From positions 22,927 through 86,926 of the forward strand of contig JAIOXO010000003.1 in assembly GCA_022396035.1 (NCBI GenBank): a stretch of 64,000 bases of DNA. Reading direction: 5' to 3'. The stretch comes from Actinomycetes bacterium. GTDB taxonomy: Bacteria; Actinomycetota; Humimicrobiia; Humimicrobiales; Humimicrobiaceae. Shown here one piece after another: positions 46,334 through 56,943 of the stretch (the first letter of the stretch is position 1; the number at the start of each line of letters is the position of its first letter). The position numbers and the translations under genes were made by a program. The notes under the pieces were generated by a model. That model had not been told where the DNA came from and ran no database searches. It saw only the letters and a list, made by a program, of their open reading frames with translations.

Positions 46334-46663
46334 ATGAAAAAAAATAATTTCTATGTCATTCATGCTGATGTTTGCAAGACTCTTTCCAATCCCAGAAGGC
46401 AAGCCATAATTGATGCCCTGCGTGACGGTCCCTTAACCGTGAATGACCTTATAGGGAAAACTGATATTCCCCAGGCCAATCTTTCCCAGCATTTAGCAAT
46501 TCTAAGAGCCAAGAATGTGGTAAAAACCAAGAAAGAGGGCAATCACGTTTATTATTCAATTTCCAATTCCAAGATAATAAAGGCTTATGACCTTATAAGT
46601 GAAGTACTGATGGAAGAGCTCAGCAACAGGAGTGACATGATTAAGAAATCTTTTAAAAAATAA
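46334..46663 (+). CDS. ArsR/SmtB-family transcriptional regulator, lacking the metal-binding Cys motif
   Basis: 109 aa. HTH LTVNDLIGKTDIPQANLSQHLAILRAKNVV. Confidence 0.75.
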   Translation: MKKNNFYVIHADVCKTLSNPRRQAIIDALRDGPLTVNDLIGKTDIPQANLSQHLAILRAKNVVKTKKEGNHVYYSISNSKIIKAYDLISEVLMEELSNRSDMIKKSFKK

Positions 46664-46681
46664 ACCCTGGAGGAACAGGCA

Positions 46682-46882
46682 ATGGATGATAAAAAAGAAC
46701 AGCCTAAAGGCGCTTTGCTATTTATTTTAGGGGGAGCAGCAATGGGAGCATTTGCCGGCTATCTTATCAACAGGATTGGGGTTAAAAATATTGCTACTCT
46801 ACTTAAAGCTAAAGACATCATACCCCCCAATGTGGCAGATATGGTTAAGGATTTTGCTACCAATAAGCTTGGCGAAAAATAA
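46682..46882 (+). CDS. Small hypothetical membrane protein (one TM helix)
   Basis: 66 aa. GALLFILGGAAMGAFAGYLI hydrophobic helix. Lies 19 nt downstream of the ArsR-family gene. Confidence 0.35.
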   Translation: MDDKKEQPKGALLFILGGAAMGAFAGYLINRIGVKNIATLLKAKDIIPPNVADMVKDFATNKLGEK

Positions 46883-46991
46883 TATCTTTACACAAAAAAC
46901 TACTTACCATCCCATATTAAGGTAAAAAAATATAAGGGCTTTTTGCAGCCCTTATATTTTTATTTCTATCTATTTATTAATCCTTTTGAAG

Positions 46992-47270
46992 TTATCCCTT
47001 ATTACGCGGCTTCTTCTTCATCACCATAAAATAATAGAGGATAGCAGCCAACCAGTAGAGTCCCACTACCCAGGAGGCTATTAATACCACCAGCCATATG
47101 GTTTTTGCGTTCTCCCCTCCGCTTGGAAATTCTTCATTCTTCCTCTTGGCACAATCTACAAGAGTAATAATCCATACAATAAACAAGAACAGGCCGACTA
47201 GTGCAAATATTGCCCAACATATGATAGCAAAAACACCTATACCCATTCCTAATGCGTCTGAAGCTTCCAT
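46992..47270 (-). CDS. Small membrane protein with a PLDc_N-like (cardiolipin synthase N-terminal type) domain
   Basis: 92 aa, two TM helices. Confidence 0.5.
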   Translation of the reverse strand: MEASDALGMGIGVFAIICWAIFALVGLFLFIVWIITLVDCAKRKNEEFPSGGENAKTIWLVVLIASWVVGLYWLAAILYYFMVMKKKPRNKG

Positions 47271-47361
47271 CTTACCTCCTTATTGGTTATCATTGTTACA
47301 TCTATTGAAATTTTATCAGTTAGTTATTTAAACTTCAATACTTTTCTCTAAAAATTATTAA

Positions 47362-47795
47362 TTATTTTCTTAAATTGGGAGAATCGAACCACAGTCCGGT
47401 TATTATATACTCCTCAAGTTCAGTATCCATTACTACAGTAACCAGCACCTCATCCTCACTGAACCAGGCCTGGTAGTACAGGGATATGTTTTCCCCCTTC
47501 CTGAAGCACGGATATACTCCTTGCTGCCTTCCTGGTAAGTACCTATGGCCTTACTCAGCTGTACCGAGAGTGACTGATTAAAATTTTCTTCAGTAATTGA
47601 CTGAAGCATCTGGTCTGAAAATTTCCTGGAAAAACGGCCATAGTCTTCCTGGGCCAGCCCCACCAAACAATTTTCTGTAATCCTGTCTGCCTTTTCCCTG
47701 ACCTCAGGACTCAACTGTATTTCATTTCTGGAACAACCGTAAAAAGATAATGCCAGCAACAGCAACAGCAAGGCAATAATTATCTTCCTAACCAT
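47362..47795 (-). pseudogene. DUF3887-like secreted/lipoprotein gene. It is interrupted by a frameshift at a G5/A4 homopolymer, or this is a sequencing error.
   Basis: The ORF-track product, 47433-47795, ends in an out-of-character tail (...SGRGKTYPCTTRPGSVRMRCWLL). Shifting frame at about 47490-47510 (ggaagggggaaaaca) gives a coherent continuation, ...KGENISLYYQAWFSEDEVLVTVVMDTELEEYIITGLWFDSPNLRK*, ending at 47362. Confidence 0.5.
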
Positions 47796-48366
47796 CGTTC
47801 ACCTTCTTAAGCAGCCAGGCCATATTCTCTCCCAGTATCCTGAAGGTTTTCATTCCTTCTTCATCCTCTCTTATCTGGCCTGGTTTAGATCCCAGGCCAA
47901 AATTCCAGTAAATTGAAGAAGGTAAAATTGTCTGGTTCAACATATACATATTATTTATCTGGTTAAGGGTATCTACTGCACCCTGCCTTCTAACCGCAGC
48001 AACAGCCGCGCATACTTTTCTTTTTAACCGGTAACCGCCAGCCCGGGCACAATAACCCATCCTGTCCACCAGAGCTTTGGCTACAGGAGTAACCGAGCCA
48101 AAATAGACCGGGGAGCCAATCAGTATTCCCTGGCTGCCATAAGCCTTACTAAGGTAACTGTTCATATTATCCTCATCTATTACACAGAATCCATCCTGTG
48201 TCTTCTTACAGACCCCGCAACCGTCACAGGGTAAAATTGTTTCTGAGCCTATCTGTATCAACTCCGTAGTTATATTTTCTTTTTCCAGCTGCTCAAATAC
48301 CGTCTCCATGGCAATAAAGGTATTCCCTTTTTTATGGGGACTGGTATTAAATCCAATTACTTTCAA
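47788..48366 (-). CDS. NADPH-dependent FMN reductase / iron-sulfur flavoprotein-like (flavodoxin fold)
   Basis: 192 aa. N-terminus MKVIGFNTSPHKKGNT. Compact Cys cluster CDGCGVC. Confidence 0.7.
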   Translation of the reverse strand: MKVIGFNTSPHKKGNTFIAMETVFEQLEKENITTELIQIGSETILPCDGCGVCKKTQDGFCVIDEDNMNSYLSKAYGSQGILIGSPVYFGSVTPVAKALVDRMGYCARAGGYRLKRKVCAAVAAVRRQGAVDTLNQINNMYMLNQTILPSSIYWNFGLGSKPGQIREDEEGMKTFRILGENMAWLLKKVNDG

Positions 48367-48380
48367 CTTCTTACCTCCAT

Positions 48381-49511
48381 CTATGTTAAATAAATTCTGG
48401 GAATCCTGGGACCAATCATGCAGACAATCTCATAATTTATAGTTCCCATGATTTCAGCAAGCTGATCCGCAGTAACCGATTTGTCCTCTGCCTGTCCTAT
48501 TAAAATAACTTCATCTCCTACAGACACCCCCAACCCGGTTACATCTACCATAAACTGATCCATGGTAACATTACCCACCACCGGAGCATATTTTCCATTC
48601 ACAATAACCCTGGCTTTATTGGAAAAAAGCCTGCTGTATCCATCAGCATAACCTACAGGAACTACAGCTATCAGGCTGTCTCTTTCAGTCCTGAAAGTTC
48701 CGCAATAAGATACTGTCTGGCCTCTGGCCACCGCTTTAAGCAAAGCAACCCTGCTCTTTAAGCTAAGTACCGGTTCCAGCCCTAAGGGGCAGGGACGGTC
48801 AAAGGGATTTAAGCCATACATGGCAATTCCCACCCTGGCCATATTAAAAGGCAAACCCGGCCTGCCTATAAAAGCAGCGCTATTTGCGCAATGGACAAAC
48901 CTGATTTTGCCTATTATGGATTCTGCTGCCTCTACCGCTTCCTTAAATCTTTCCAGCTGCAATACGGTAAGCTGCGAACCCAGCTCACTGGCACAGGCAA
49001 AATGAGTAAAAATTCCTTCAATCTCCACATAGGGCAACCCGGCAATAGCTTCCACCTGCTGATGGACCTGATGGTAATTTATGCCCAGCCGGCTCATTCC
49101 GGTATCGATATTTAGGTGACATTTCACCTTCCGGCCGGTCTGTTTAGCCCTGACACTGAATTCCCGGGCCTTCTTCCAGCTGCTAAAACAGGGAATCAGG
49201 TTGCTGGAAATCGCCGGACCTACAGCCTCCGATGGTATTTCCCCCAGTACATAAACAGGGCTTTCTATTCCATTCTCTCTCAGATCCCTGCCTTCCTGTA
49301 CCAGGGCCACTCCCAGCCCATAAGCTCCCCGGGATAAAGCCCTTTTTGCCACTTCCACTGCCCCATGGCCATAAGCGTCAGCTTTAATGACTGCCATCAA
49401 ACTAACCTGACTGCCCGCAGAACAACCCTTGAGCAGCTCCATATTGCGGTCAAGTTTATTCAGGTCAATTTCGGCCCAGGCATTCCTATATTGTTGGCTT
49501 TCAGTACCCAA
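48381..49511 (-). CDS. alr: Alanine racemase
   Basis: 376 aa. PLP-lysine motif VIKADAYGHG. Confidence 0.9.
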   Translation of the reverse strand: MGTESQQYRNAWAEIDLNKLDRNMELLKGCSAGSQVSLMAVIKADAYGHGAVEVAKRALSRGAYGLGVALVQEGRDLRENGIESPVYVLGEIPSEAVGPAISSNLIPCFSSWKKAREFSVRAKQTGRKVKCHLNIDTGMSRLGINYHQVHQQVEAIAGLPYVEIEGIFTHFACASELGSQLTVLQLERFKEAVEAAESIIGKIRFVHCANSAAFIGRPGLPFNMARVGIAMYGLNPFDRPCPLGLEPVLSLKSRVALLKAVARGQTVSYCGTFRTERDSLIAVVPVGYADGYSRLFSNKARVIVNGKYAPVVGNVTMDQFMVDVTGLGVSVGDEVILIGQAEDKSVTADQLAEIMGTINYEIVCMIGPRIPRIYLT

Positions 49512-49515
49512 ATTA

Positions 49516-49977
49516 CTATTTCTTAATCATTGATTTTACAATATCTGCCCTGGTAATTATGCCTACCAGTTTCTTATCTTTATTTATAACCGGCACCCGG
49601 TTTATATCGTTCTCGGTCATAGCATTGGCAATTTGATTAACCGGAGTATCTTCATCTACAGAAACCACTTCTGCAGTCATTATGTCTTCAACCCTGGTTG
49701 CCAGATGTTTTTTTAAACTCTTCTTGAATTTGGACAGGCTCTCCAGATAGATTATGCTGTCCAGAAGCTTAAAATAGTGGGGGAAATGAAGATCAGTATC
49801 CTGGATGATAATATCACCCTCGGTTACAATCCCTACCATCTGGTCCTTATCCATTACCGGTACCCCGCTGATCCTGTTTTCCACCAGCAACTGGGACAAC
49901 TGGTCTATGGAAGCATCCCTGTCTATAGTTATTACATCTTTGTTCATTATTTCTCTAGCTAATTTTTCTGCCATCAT
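49516..49977 (-). CDS. CBS-domain pair protein
   Basis: 153 aa. Two CBS repeats. Confidence 0.8.
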   Translation of the reverse strand: MMAEKLAREIMNKDVITIDRDASIDQLSQLLVENRISGVPVMDKDQMVGIVTEGDIIIQDTDLHFPHYFKLLDSIIYLESLSKFKKSLKKHLATRVEDIMTAEVVSVDEDTPVNQIANAMTENDINRVPVINKDKKLVGIITRADIVKSMIKK

Positions 49978-51567
49978 TCACTCCTCATATATTATTTTTT
50001 CCAGCTTTAAAAAAACCTTCTTTATGCCTTCCAGCAGATCGGTAGCCACCATAGAGGTTCTGCTGGTCTGCCTGGATATCATATCTGAAGCCAGTCCATG
50101 TATATAGGTACCGCAGACAGCAGCATTAAAGTTATCCATGCCCTGGCATATCAAAGATGAAATTATACCGGTTAATATATCTCCGGTCCCCGCAGTGGAG
50201 AGCGCCCAGTCACCGGTATTGTTTATAAAAGTAGTTCCATCCTGCTTGGTTATAAGGGTGCGTGCGCCTTTTAGCACTGACACCAGATTAAACTTTCCGG
50301 CTGCCTCTATATTCACTTCATACCTCTGCTCCAGAGCAATCCTGTTCATGCCCATTATCAAGGACAGCTCCCCTGCATGGGGAGTAATAATGACATGGGA
50401 AAAATCCGGATACTGGTCGTTGTTTACCTCACGGACCCCATATATGGCTGCCAGCCCGTCTGCATCCAGTACTGTTGGTTTATGGACCCTTTTGAGTAAC
50501 TCCCTTACCAGCCTTATGGTGCTTGAATTCTTGGATATGCCCGGGCCAATAGCCAGGGCATCATATTTGGAGCTTAATTCCACAATTTCTTCCAGGCTGT
50601 CGTAATGGATAGACAAATCATCAGTCTGATCAACAGGATAAGTCATCACCTCGGTAAGCTTCTGCTCCAATATGGGGTTAAGCTCCCAGGGACAGACCAG
50701 GGTAACCAGACCCGCTCCTGCCCTCATGGCAGAGTTGCAGGTCATGGTTGCCGCTCCGGTAAGACCTACCGATCCAGCCACCACCAGCAATTTTCCCACA
50801 CTGTGCTTGTAGGACCAGGCCTTTCTCCGGGGCAGTCTTGAGCCCACCCAGTCCATGCCGGTTTCAAATATCTGCTCATACTGCTCAAAATATTTTTCAG
50901 GTATTCCTATATCTACAACCTTTACCCTGCCCGCATAACCAGCACCGGGATAGTTCAGCAGTCCCAGTTTTTTGCACCCGAAAGTAATGGTAGCATCAGC
51001 CTTTATGGCCACCCCCAGAACCTTGCCGTTATCGGAATCAATACCGGAAGGGATATCAACAGAGTAAACTGCCTTTTTCCTGTCATTTATAGTCTCTATT
51101 ATCTTCTTGGCCGGGCCATATATGTCTTTTCCATGCAGCCCGGTTCCAAAGATAGCATCGATTACAAAATAAGCTGTGTCCAGTTCCTGCAAAAAATAAT
51201 CCCAGGATTGACTGTTTTCAACATTGAGGAAAAAAACATGCTCCGGGGCCATCTGGTTCAGCTGTTCAAAATAATGGGCTGAATCGCTGCTGAACTTTTC
51301 AGTAGGAGTAATATAGAAAACCTTAACCTCAATCTGGGACTTGATAAGGTCACTGGCAGCCACAAAACCATCGCCGCCATTATTGCCGCCTCCACATACC
51401 ACTACACCGGCAGCATTCTTCTTTCCCTTCAATTCGGCCTTCACCGCTTTGGCCACACTGCTGCCCGCATTTTGCATCAGCCGCCTGGAATCAACGCCGT
51501 CCTGGATACACCGGGAATCTATCTCTGCTATCCTGCTCCCTTTTAATACTCTATTCATATAAACCAT
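49978..51567 (-). CDS. nnr: Bifunctional NAD(P)H-hydrate repair enzyme Nnr (YjeF-N epimerase + ADP-dependent dehydratase)
   Basis: 529 aa. N-terminal GGNNGGDG and C-terminal carbohydrate-kinase-like domain. Confidence 0.85.
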   Translation of the reverse strand: MVYMNRVLKGSRIAEIDSRCIQDGVDSRRLMQNAGSSVAKAVKAELKGKKNAAGVVVCGGGNNGGDGFVAASDLIKSQIEVKVFYITPTEKFSSDSAHYFEQLNQMAPEHVFFLNVENSQSWDYFLQELDTAYFVIDAIFGTGLHGKDIYGPAKKIIETINDRKKAVYSVDIPSGIDSDNGKVLGVAIKADATITFGCKKLGLLNYPGAGYAGRVKVVDIGIPEKYFEQYEQIFETGMDWVGSRLPRRKAWSYKHSVGKLLVVAGSVGLTGAATMTCNSAMRAGAGLVTLVCPWELNPILEQKLTEVMTYPVDQTDDLSIHYDSLEEIVELSSKYDALAIGPGISKNSSTIRLVRELLKRVHKPTVLDADGLAAIYGVREVNNDQYPDFSHVIITPHAGELSLIMGMNRIALEQRYEVNIEAAGKFNLVSVLKGARTLITKQDGTTFINNTGDWALSTAGTGDILTGIISSLICQGMDNFNAAVCGTYIHGLASDMISRQTSRTSMVATDLLEGIKKVFLKLEKIIYEE

Positions 51568-51621
51568 CCTCAGTTTGGGTTTAAGGATATTATAACAAAA
51601 AATCTGGCGATAAATTAAAAC

Positions 51622-51999
51622 TTATTGTTTAATGGAAACCGCAAAGGCCACGGCATAATCCCTGGTAGCAGATATTGAGACCTCTACCTTCTTTATTTCT
51701 AACTGTTCCAGCAGCAAGGCACCCCTGCCAGAGATGGTCACCCCGGGCTTATCCGGGCCCAGTATTTCAATATCCAGAAACGATAATCTGGATCCCAGGC
51801 CGGTCCCCAGGGCTTTAGCCACTGCCTCTTTGGCAGCAAACCGGGCAGCAAAGCTCTGCCACATTTCCCTGCCCCTGCTTCTGCAATAACTAATCTCCTG
51901 GGGAGTAAATACCCGGGCGGCAAATGACCGGGTATCCCTGATAGCCTTGCCTACTCTCTCCACCTCTATAATATCAGTACCCACGCCATATATATCCAT
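51622..51999 (-). CDS. acpS: Holo-[acyl-carrier-protein] synthase
   Basis: 125 aa. GxDxxE-type start YGVGTDIIEVERV. Confidence 0.85.
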   Translation of the reverse strand: MDIYGVGTDIIEVERVGKAIRDTRSFAARVFTPQEISYCRSRGREMWQSFAARFAAKEAVAKALGTGLGSRLSFLDIEILGPDKPGVTISGRGALLLEQLEIKKVEVSISATRDYAVAFAVSIKQ

Positions 52000-52001
52000 G
52001 G

Positions 52002-53837
52002 TTACTCCACGGTAACGCTTTTTGCCAGATTCCTGGGCTGGTCAACATCCCGGCCCAGTTTCTTGGCAATATAGTAAGAATACAGCTGCAAAGGAACCAC
52101 GGTAAGAATTCCTGACAGCTCCTGGCATATTTTTGGAATACCAAAGCAATAATCTACATAATTTCTTAGTTCCTGGTTGCCCTCAGTGGTAATTGAAAAC
52201 AGGGTAGCCTTTCTGGCCCTTGCTTCCTGGATATTTCCCAGTATTTTTTCATATACCAGGTCTCTGGGCATAACGCCCACCACTACTGTGTTCCGGTCGG
52301 TTAAAGCAATGGGCCCATGCTTCATCTCCCCTGAGGGATAACCCTCAGCATGGATATAGCTAACCTCTTTTAACTTCAGGGCTCCTTCCAGAGCCATGGG
52401 CAGCCCGTAGATCCTGCCCAGAAATAAAAAACATCCAAACTTGAAAGTTTTGTCAGCTATCTTCTTGATCTCCCGGCTGTTATCCAGTATCTGCTGTACC
52501 TTATCCGGCACTGCCAGCATCTCCTGTACCAAGTCCTGGTACTGCCCGGAGGAAATGGTGCCCCTTATATGCCCAAAATAGAGGGCCATAAGATATATAA
52601 CCACCAGCTGGGCGGTAAAGGTCTTGGTGGCACAAACCCCAATCTCGGGACCGGCATGAGTGTATATGACTGAATCCGATTCCCGGGCAATGGTGCTGCC
52701 CACCACATTGGTAATAGCTGCCACCTTTGCCCCCTTGATTCTGGCCTCCCTTACCGCTGCCAGGGTATCAATGGTTTCTCCTGATTGGGTTATAGCTACA
52801 AACAGGCAGTTATCCTCCACCATGGGATCCCGATACCTGTATTCGGAACTATAATCTATCTCCACCGGTATCCGGGCCCACTTCTCTATCACCTGTTTAC
52901 CTACCATTGCAGCATGGTAGGAGGTTCCACAGGCTATGATTTGTATTTTCTTAAGTTCAGATATCTGTTTTTTATCCAGCCCCAGTTCCCCAAAATCAAG
53001 TTCTCCATCTACCAACCGGCCCCTCATAGTCTCCTTTATGCCGTAGGGCTGTTCAAAAATTTCCTTTAACATAAAATCTGCATATCCTGCTTTCTCTGCG
53101 CTCTGGATACTCCAGTTAACTTTAAAAGGCTTCCTGGATACCTTCCTGCCCTCCCGGTCAAAAATCTCTACCCTTTTGGGGGTGACCCTTACTGTTTCAT
53201 AGTCCTCTATAATCAGGAAAGTCCGGGTATGTTCCAGCACTGCCGGCATATCCGAGGCCAGAAAATTACCGCTGCCGGAAATCCCCACCACCAGTGGACT
53301 GGCAATTCTGGCTGCTATAAGCTGGGCCGGACTGTCCGTGCTGACCGCCACTATGGCCCCGGAGCCCTTTATTTTGCCCACAACCTTCTGCATGGCCGGT
53401 AACAGATCCCCCTCATTATATTTTTCCAGTAGATGGGCCAGCACCTCGGTATCGGTCTGGGAAACAAATTTATGCCCTTCAGCCTCCAGCTCAGTTTTTA
53501 GCTGCTGGTAATTTTCTATAATACCATTATGCACCACCGCAATCCTGCCGCTGCAGTCCAGGTGGGGATGGGCGTTTTCCCTGCTGGGTTCCCCGTGGGT
53601 AGCCCATCGGGTATGGCCTATCCCACAATGTCCGTCTACACTTACTCTTTCCAGCTGGGCCTCCAGCTCCCTTATTTTGCCTGCTTCCTTTACTACCTCC
53701 AGCAAAGGAGTCTTTTTGTCATCACCAGTGACTGCTATGCCTGCCGAATCATAACCCCTGTATTCAAGTCTCCTTAAGCCATCGATTAATATTTGCCGGC
53801 AATTCTTTCTGCCCGTATACGCTACTATTCCACACAT
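52002..53837 (-). CDS. glmS: Glutamine--fructose-6-phosphate aminotransferase (isomerizing)
   Basis: 611 aa. N-terminal MCGIVAY (Ntn Cys). Two SIS domains. C-terminal ...SVTVE. Confidence 0.95.
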   Translation of the reverse strand: MCGIVAYTGRKNCRQILIDGLRRLEYRGYDSAGIAVTGDDKKTPLLEVVKEAGKIRELEAQLERVSVDGHCGIGHTRWATHGEPSRENAHPHLDCSGRIAVVHNGIIENYQQLKTELEAEGHKFVSQTDTEVLAHLLEKYNEGDLLPAMQKVVGKIKGSGAIVAVSTDSPAQLIAARIASPLVVGISGSGNFLASDMPAVLEHTRTFLIIEDYETVRVTPKRVEIFDREGRKVSRKPFKVNWSIQSAEKAGYADFMLKEIFEQPYGIKETMRGRLVDGELDFGELGLDKKQISELKKIQIIACGTSYHAAMVGKQVIEKWARIPVEIDYSSEYRYRDPMVEDNCLFVAITQSGETIDTLAAVREARIKGAKVAAITNVVGSTIARESDSVIYTHAGPEIGVCATKTFTAQLVVIYLMALYFGHIRGTISSGQYQDLVQEMLAVPDKVQQILDNSREIKKIADKTFKFGCFLFLGRIYGLPMALEGALKLKEVSYIHAEGYPSGEMKHGPIALTDRNTVVVGVMPRDLVYEKILGNIQEARARKATLFSITTEGNQELRNYVDYCFGIPKICQELSGILTVVPLQLYSYYIAKKLGRDVDQPRNLAKSVTVE

Positions 53838-53917
53838 TAATTTCCTCCTGTTAACAATCCTTCCGTCTATATTTACAGGTTATGTAATAAACCTTGCCCC
53901 CAGGTTTGCTGTATTCA

Positions 53918-54925
53918 TTAGTACTGGCGGCCAATATAATTTTTATAAACAAAGGGAGAAGTCATAATTGATAATAGACTATAATAATTTATATTAAAAG
54001 AAATCTTACCCCCCATGGCCAGCTTCCTGCCGTTAATTGGCTGTATAACCGTATGGTCGCTGCTCTGCCCCACTACTTTTATGCTGTCATCTACCGGGCA
54101 TAAATTATCAGCATCAGCATCCTGGGCCCCCAGAGCAAGTATAGCCTTATTACCGCTGCGCTTGACCTCTATAATCTCTGCCTCCAGGCAAAAACTATCA
54201 TTATAGGCGCCCTCAATCTTATTATAGCCCACAGTTTCATGGCCTAAAAGTATGGCTTCTCCTATCCTTAACTGGTTTATCTCCTCGGGGATCTGTCCTG
54301 AAAATACCTGCTTTAGAAGGCTTGAGTTTCCTCCTGATAACACCGGAATATGCTTCCCTGTTGAAGCCCTGATTTCTCTCTGTAAAGTAGACAGCACAAA
54401 AAGGCTGTTATAGGTAGGCTTCTTGCTGGATATGCAGCGTGCATTAGTTCCCAGACTGGCTATATTAACATGCGACAGCCTGAAGACTTTCCTGCAAAAG
54501 GGCAGCACCTGCGAAGGTAACAGACCCTCCCTGAGATCATCGGTATCCAGCATAACCATTATGGAATGGGTTATGTTTTTCTTCCGGCAAACCTTATTTA
54601 TAGCCCTGGCCACCTCAATCTGAGTACAGGCACTTACATCACATATTTCGGCAGTCTGTTCAGCCTCGCTGAGCATTGGGCTCCGGAGCTGCATCAGCCG
54701 GTAATGGTTAAAATTCTTTTTTAAAAGCTTGAGGTTCTTTAGCCTGCTGTCTCCCAGCGTCTCAATTTTGGAGCTGGTAATAGCAGCTGTAATTACCGGA
54801 TCAGCAAGAACACTTTTAGTAACAGCAACGACCGATATACCCTGGCCGGCACATCGGTCGCAAATAATCTTCGCATTATGGGCTATCTTATCTGTATAAA
54901 TGTTTAACTTAGGAAATTCCACCAA
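53918..54925 (-). CDS. Fold-type III PLP enzyme, alanine-racemase-N-terminal-domain protein (predicted amino-acid racemase, YhfX/COG3457-like)
   Basis: 335 aa. TIM-barrel N-domain with a candidate PLP lysine (VAVTKSVL). Confidence 0.55.
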   Translation of the reverse strand: MVEFPKLNIYTDKIAHNAKIICDRCAGQGISVVAVTKSVLADPVITAAITSSKIETLGDSRLKNLKLLKKNFNHYRLMQLRSPMLSEAEQTAEICDVSACTQIEVARAINKVCRKKNITHSIMVMLDTDDLREGLLPSQVLPFCRKVFRLSHVNIASLGTNARCISSKKPTYNSLFVLSTLQREIRASTGKHIPVLSGGNSSLLKQVFSGQIPEEINQLRIGEAILLGHETVGYNKIEGAYNDSFCLEAEIIEVKRSGNKAILALGAQDADADNLCPVDDSIKVVGQSSDHTVIQPINGRKLAMGGKISFNINYYSLLSIMTSPFVYKNYIGRQY

Positions 54926-54932
54926 ACAATTA

Positions 54933-55328
54933 TTACCTCTTTGAGAACTGAGGTCTCTTTCTAGCTTTCTTCAGACCGTATTTCTTTCTTTCCTTCTCAC
55001 GAGGATCCCTGGTAAGCATTCCTTCTTTTTTAAGAATAGGCCTGTATTCAGCATTAATTTCAAGTAAGGCCCTGGATATACCATGCTTTAAAGCATCAGC
55101 CTGAGCACTCACTCCTCCGCCGGTAATGCTGGCAAGAACATTATAGGCACTGTCGGTACCAGTTAACTTCATGGGTTCTTTTATTCTAATAACCAGCGAC
55201 TGTAGTGGAAAATAGTCTTCCAGTTCTCTCTTATTTATATTTATCTTTCCATCACCAGGAACCAGCCTTACTTTGGCTATTGCTCCCTTTCTTCTTCCAG
55301 TAGCATAATAACATACACTGTCTGCCAA
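54933..55328 (-). CDS. rpsI: 30S ribosomal protein S9
   Basis: 131 aa. C-terminus ...KKARKRPQFSKR. Confidence 0.95.
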   Translation of the reverse strand: MADSVCYYATGRRKGAIAKVRLVPGDGKININKRELEDYFPLQSLVIRIKEPMKLTGTDSAYNVLASITGGGVSAQADALKHGISRALLEINAEYRPILKKEGMLTRDPREKERKKYGLKKARKRPQFSKR

Positions 55329-55341
55329 CTTCTATTCCTCC

Positions 55342-55785
55342 TCAAATCTCTATTTTTTCAGGTTTCTGGGCCTGATGCGTGTGATTATCATCAGCATAAA
55401 CCTTTAACTTTTTAAAAATTTGCCTGCCCAGTCTATTATGGGGAAGCATACCCTTTACAGCTAAACTTACTACCTGTTGGGGCTTCCTGTTCATCTTCTC
55501 TTCCAGAGTTTCCGTCTTAAGATTTCCTACATAGCCGGAATGCCTGTAGTATTTTTTCTGCTTCAGCTTATCTCCGGTAACCTTTATGCCTTTTGCATTT
55601 ATAACTATTACATAATCCCCGCAATCCACATTGGGAGTAAAAATGGGCTTATCCTTACCCCTCAAAAGCCTGGCTGCCACTGTAGCCAGCCTTCCCAGAG
55701 TTTTGCCCTGAGCATCGATTATGTACCATTTTCTTTCTATTTCTTCCTTTTTTGCATGAAAAGTTTTAAATCCCAATTCCGTCAT
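55342..55785 (-). CDS. rplM: 50S ribosomal protein L13
   Basis: 147 aa. Typical L13 N-terminus ...[15 protein letters not shown]. Confidence 0.95.
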   Translation of the reverse strand: MTELGFKTFHAKKEEIERKWYIIDAQGKTLGRLATVAARLLRGKDKPIFTPNVDCGDYVIVINAKGIKVTGDKLKQKKYYRHSGYVGNLKTETLEEKMNRKPQQVVSLAVKGMLPHNRLGRQIFKKLKVYADDNHTHQAQKPEKIEI

Positions 55786-55798
55786 TATCTTCCTCCAA

Positions 55799-56536
55799 TC
55801 AGTATAAGACCTTGGTCAGGAACAACCCCTTCGCCGGGGCGGTTTTACCAGCCAGCTCCCTTTCCCTTGCCTCTAATGCCTTGTGGATAGATTCCAGAGA
55901 CCTCAGTCCCTTTCCCAGCTCCAGTAAGGTACCCACTATAATCCTCACCATATTATATAAAAAGGAGCTTCCTTCTATCCTGAAAATTATTAAATTATCA
56001 ATATTTCTTATAATATCCAACCCATATATTATACGGATTGTGCTTCCATACTCACCCTGGTTGCCAAAAGCCTTGAAATCTTTCTTGCCCTGTAACAGGC
56101 CGGCCGCTTTCTTCATCAGATCCAGGTCCAATTTCTGGGTAACCATTATGCTGTATCTCTTTAAGAAAACACTTTGCACCCTATCATTTACCACATAATA
56201 GCTGTACTGCCTTCTCACCGCGTCTCTTCTGGCATCAAACTCATCTTCCGCCGGGCTGATATCCATTATGGATATATCATGGGGTAAAACACAATTCAGC
56301 GACCATTTGAACCGGCCAATATCCTGGTGGCTGCCAAGCTTGAAATTTATCACCTGGTGCAAAGCATGAACCCCCGCATCGGTCCTTCCTGCATACTTTA
56401 TGCTGACCTCATTACCGGTTACTGCCGCAATAGCCTGCTGGATGCAGCCCTGTATGGTAGCCACACCTTCAGGCTGGATTTGAAACCCACAGTACTCTGT
56501 ACCATCGTATTCAACCACAGCCCTGTAATTTACCAT
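55799..56536 (-). CDS. truA: tRNA pseudouridine(38-40) synthase
   Basis: 245 aa. RTDAGVHA catalytic Asp motif. Confidence 0.9.
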   Translation of the reverse strand: MVNYRAVVEYDGTEYCGFQIQPEGVATIQGCIQQAIAAVTGNEVSIKYAGRTDAGVHALHQVINFKLGSHQDIGRFKWSLNCVLPHDISIMDISPAEDEFDARRDAVRRQYSYYVVNDRVQSVFLKRYSIMVTQKLDLDLMKKAAGLLQGKKDFKAFGNQGEYGSTIRIIYGLDIIRNIDNLIIFRIEGSSFLYNMVRIIVGTLLELGKGLRSLESIHKALEARERELAGKTAPAKGLFLTKVLY

Positions 56537-56567
56537 GGTTATCCCAGCCCATCTGTTGTCAAATTAA

Positions 56568-56921
56568 CTATTCTATCAGTTCCATAATAACCACCTGAGC
56601 GTTATCACCCACCCGGTTCTTAAGCTTAAGAATCCTGGTATATCCGCTGGAACGTTCATAGGCAGCTGGCACCACTTTGTCAAAAAGCATCTGTACCGCC
56701 TTGTAATTGCTTAAAAGCTTAAGGCAGCGCCTTCTGGCTGCCAGGTCGTCTTTCTTAGCAGTGGTTATTAATTTATCCACAAACCCTCTTAACAGCTTAG
56801 CTTTGGGGAGGGTTGTTTTTATTCTGCCATGCTCAAACAGGGAAATAGCCATATTGGCCATCATCGCCTTCTGATGGCTGCTATCCTGCCCAAACCTGGG
56901 CCCTTTTTTTGGTACTACCAT
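56568..56921 (-). CDS. rplQ: 50S ribosomal protein L17
   Basis: 117 aa. Confidence 0.95.
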   Translation of the reverse strand: MVVPKKGPRFGQDSSHQKAMMANMAISLFEHGRIKTTLPKAKLLRGFVDKLITTAKKDDLAARRRCLKLLSNYKAVQMLFDKVVPAAYERSSGYTRILKLKNRVGDNAQVVIMELIE

Positions 56922-56943
56922 ATCCTATCTTCTCCTGATTTAA

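Noticed and set aside
47375-47400. tRNA T-loop-like string GGTTCGATTCTCC on the minus strand
   Set aside because: No complementary T-stem, acceptor stem or anticodon arm can be drawn around it. It lies inside the repaired C-terminal coding frame of the DUF3887 gene, encoding ...TGLWFDSPN, so this is a chance resemblance.
53838-53917. Looked for a glmS ribozyme in the glmS 5' leader
   Set aside because: Only 80 nt separate glmS from the upstream racemase-like gene. None of the conserved glmS core elements are recognisable in the minus-strand leader, so the ribozyme is absent or very divergent.
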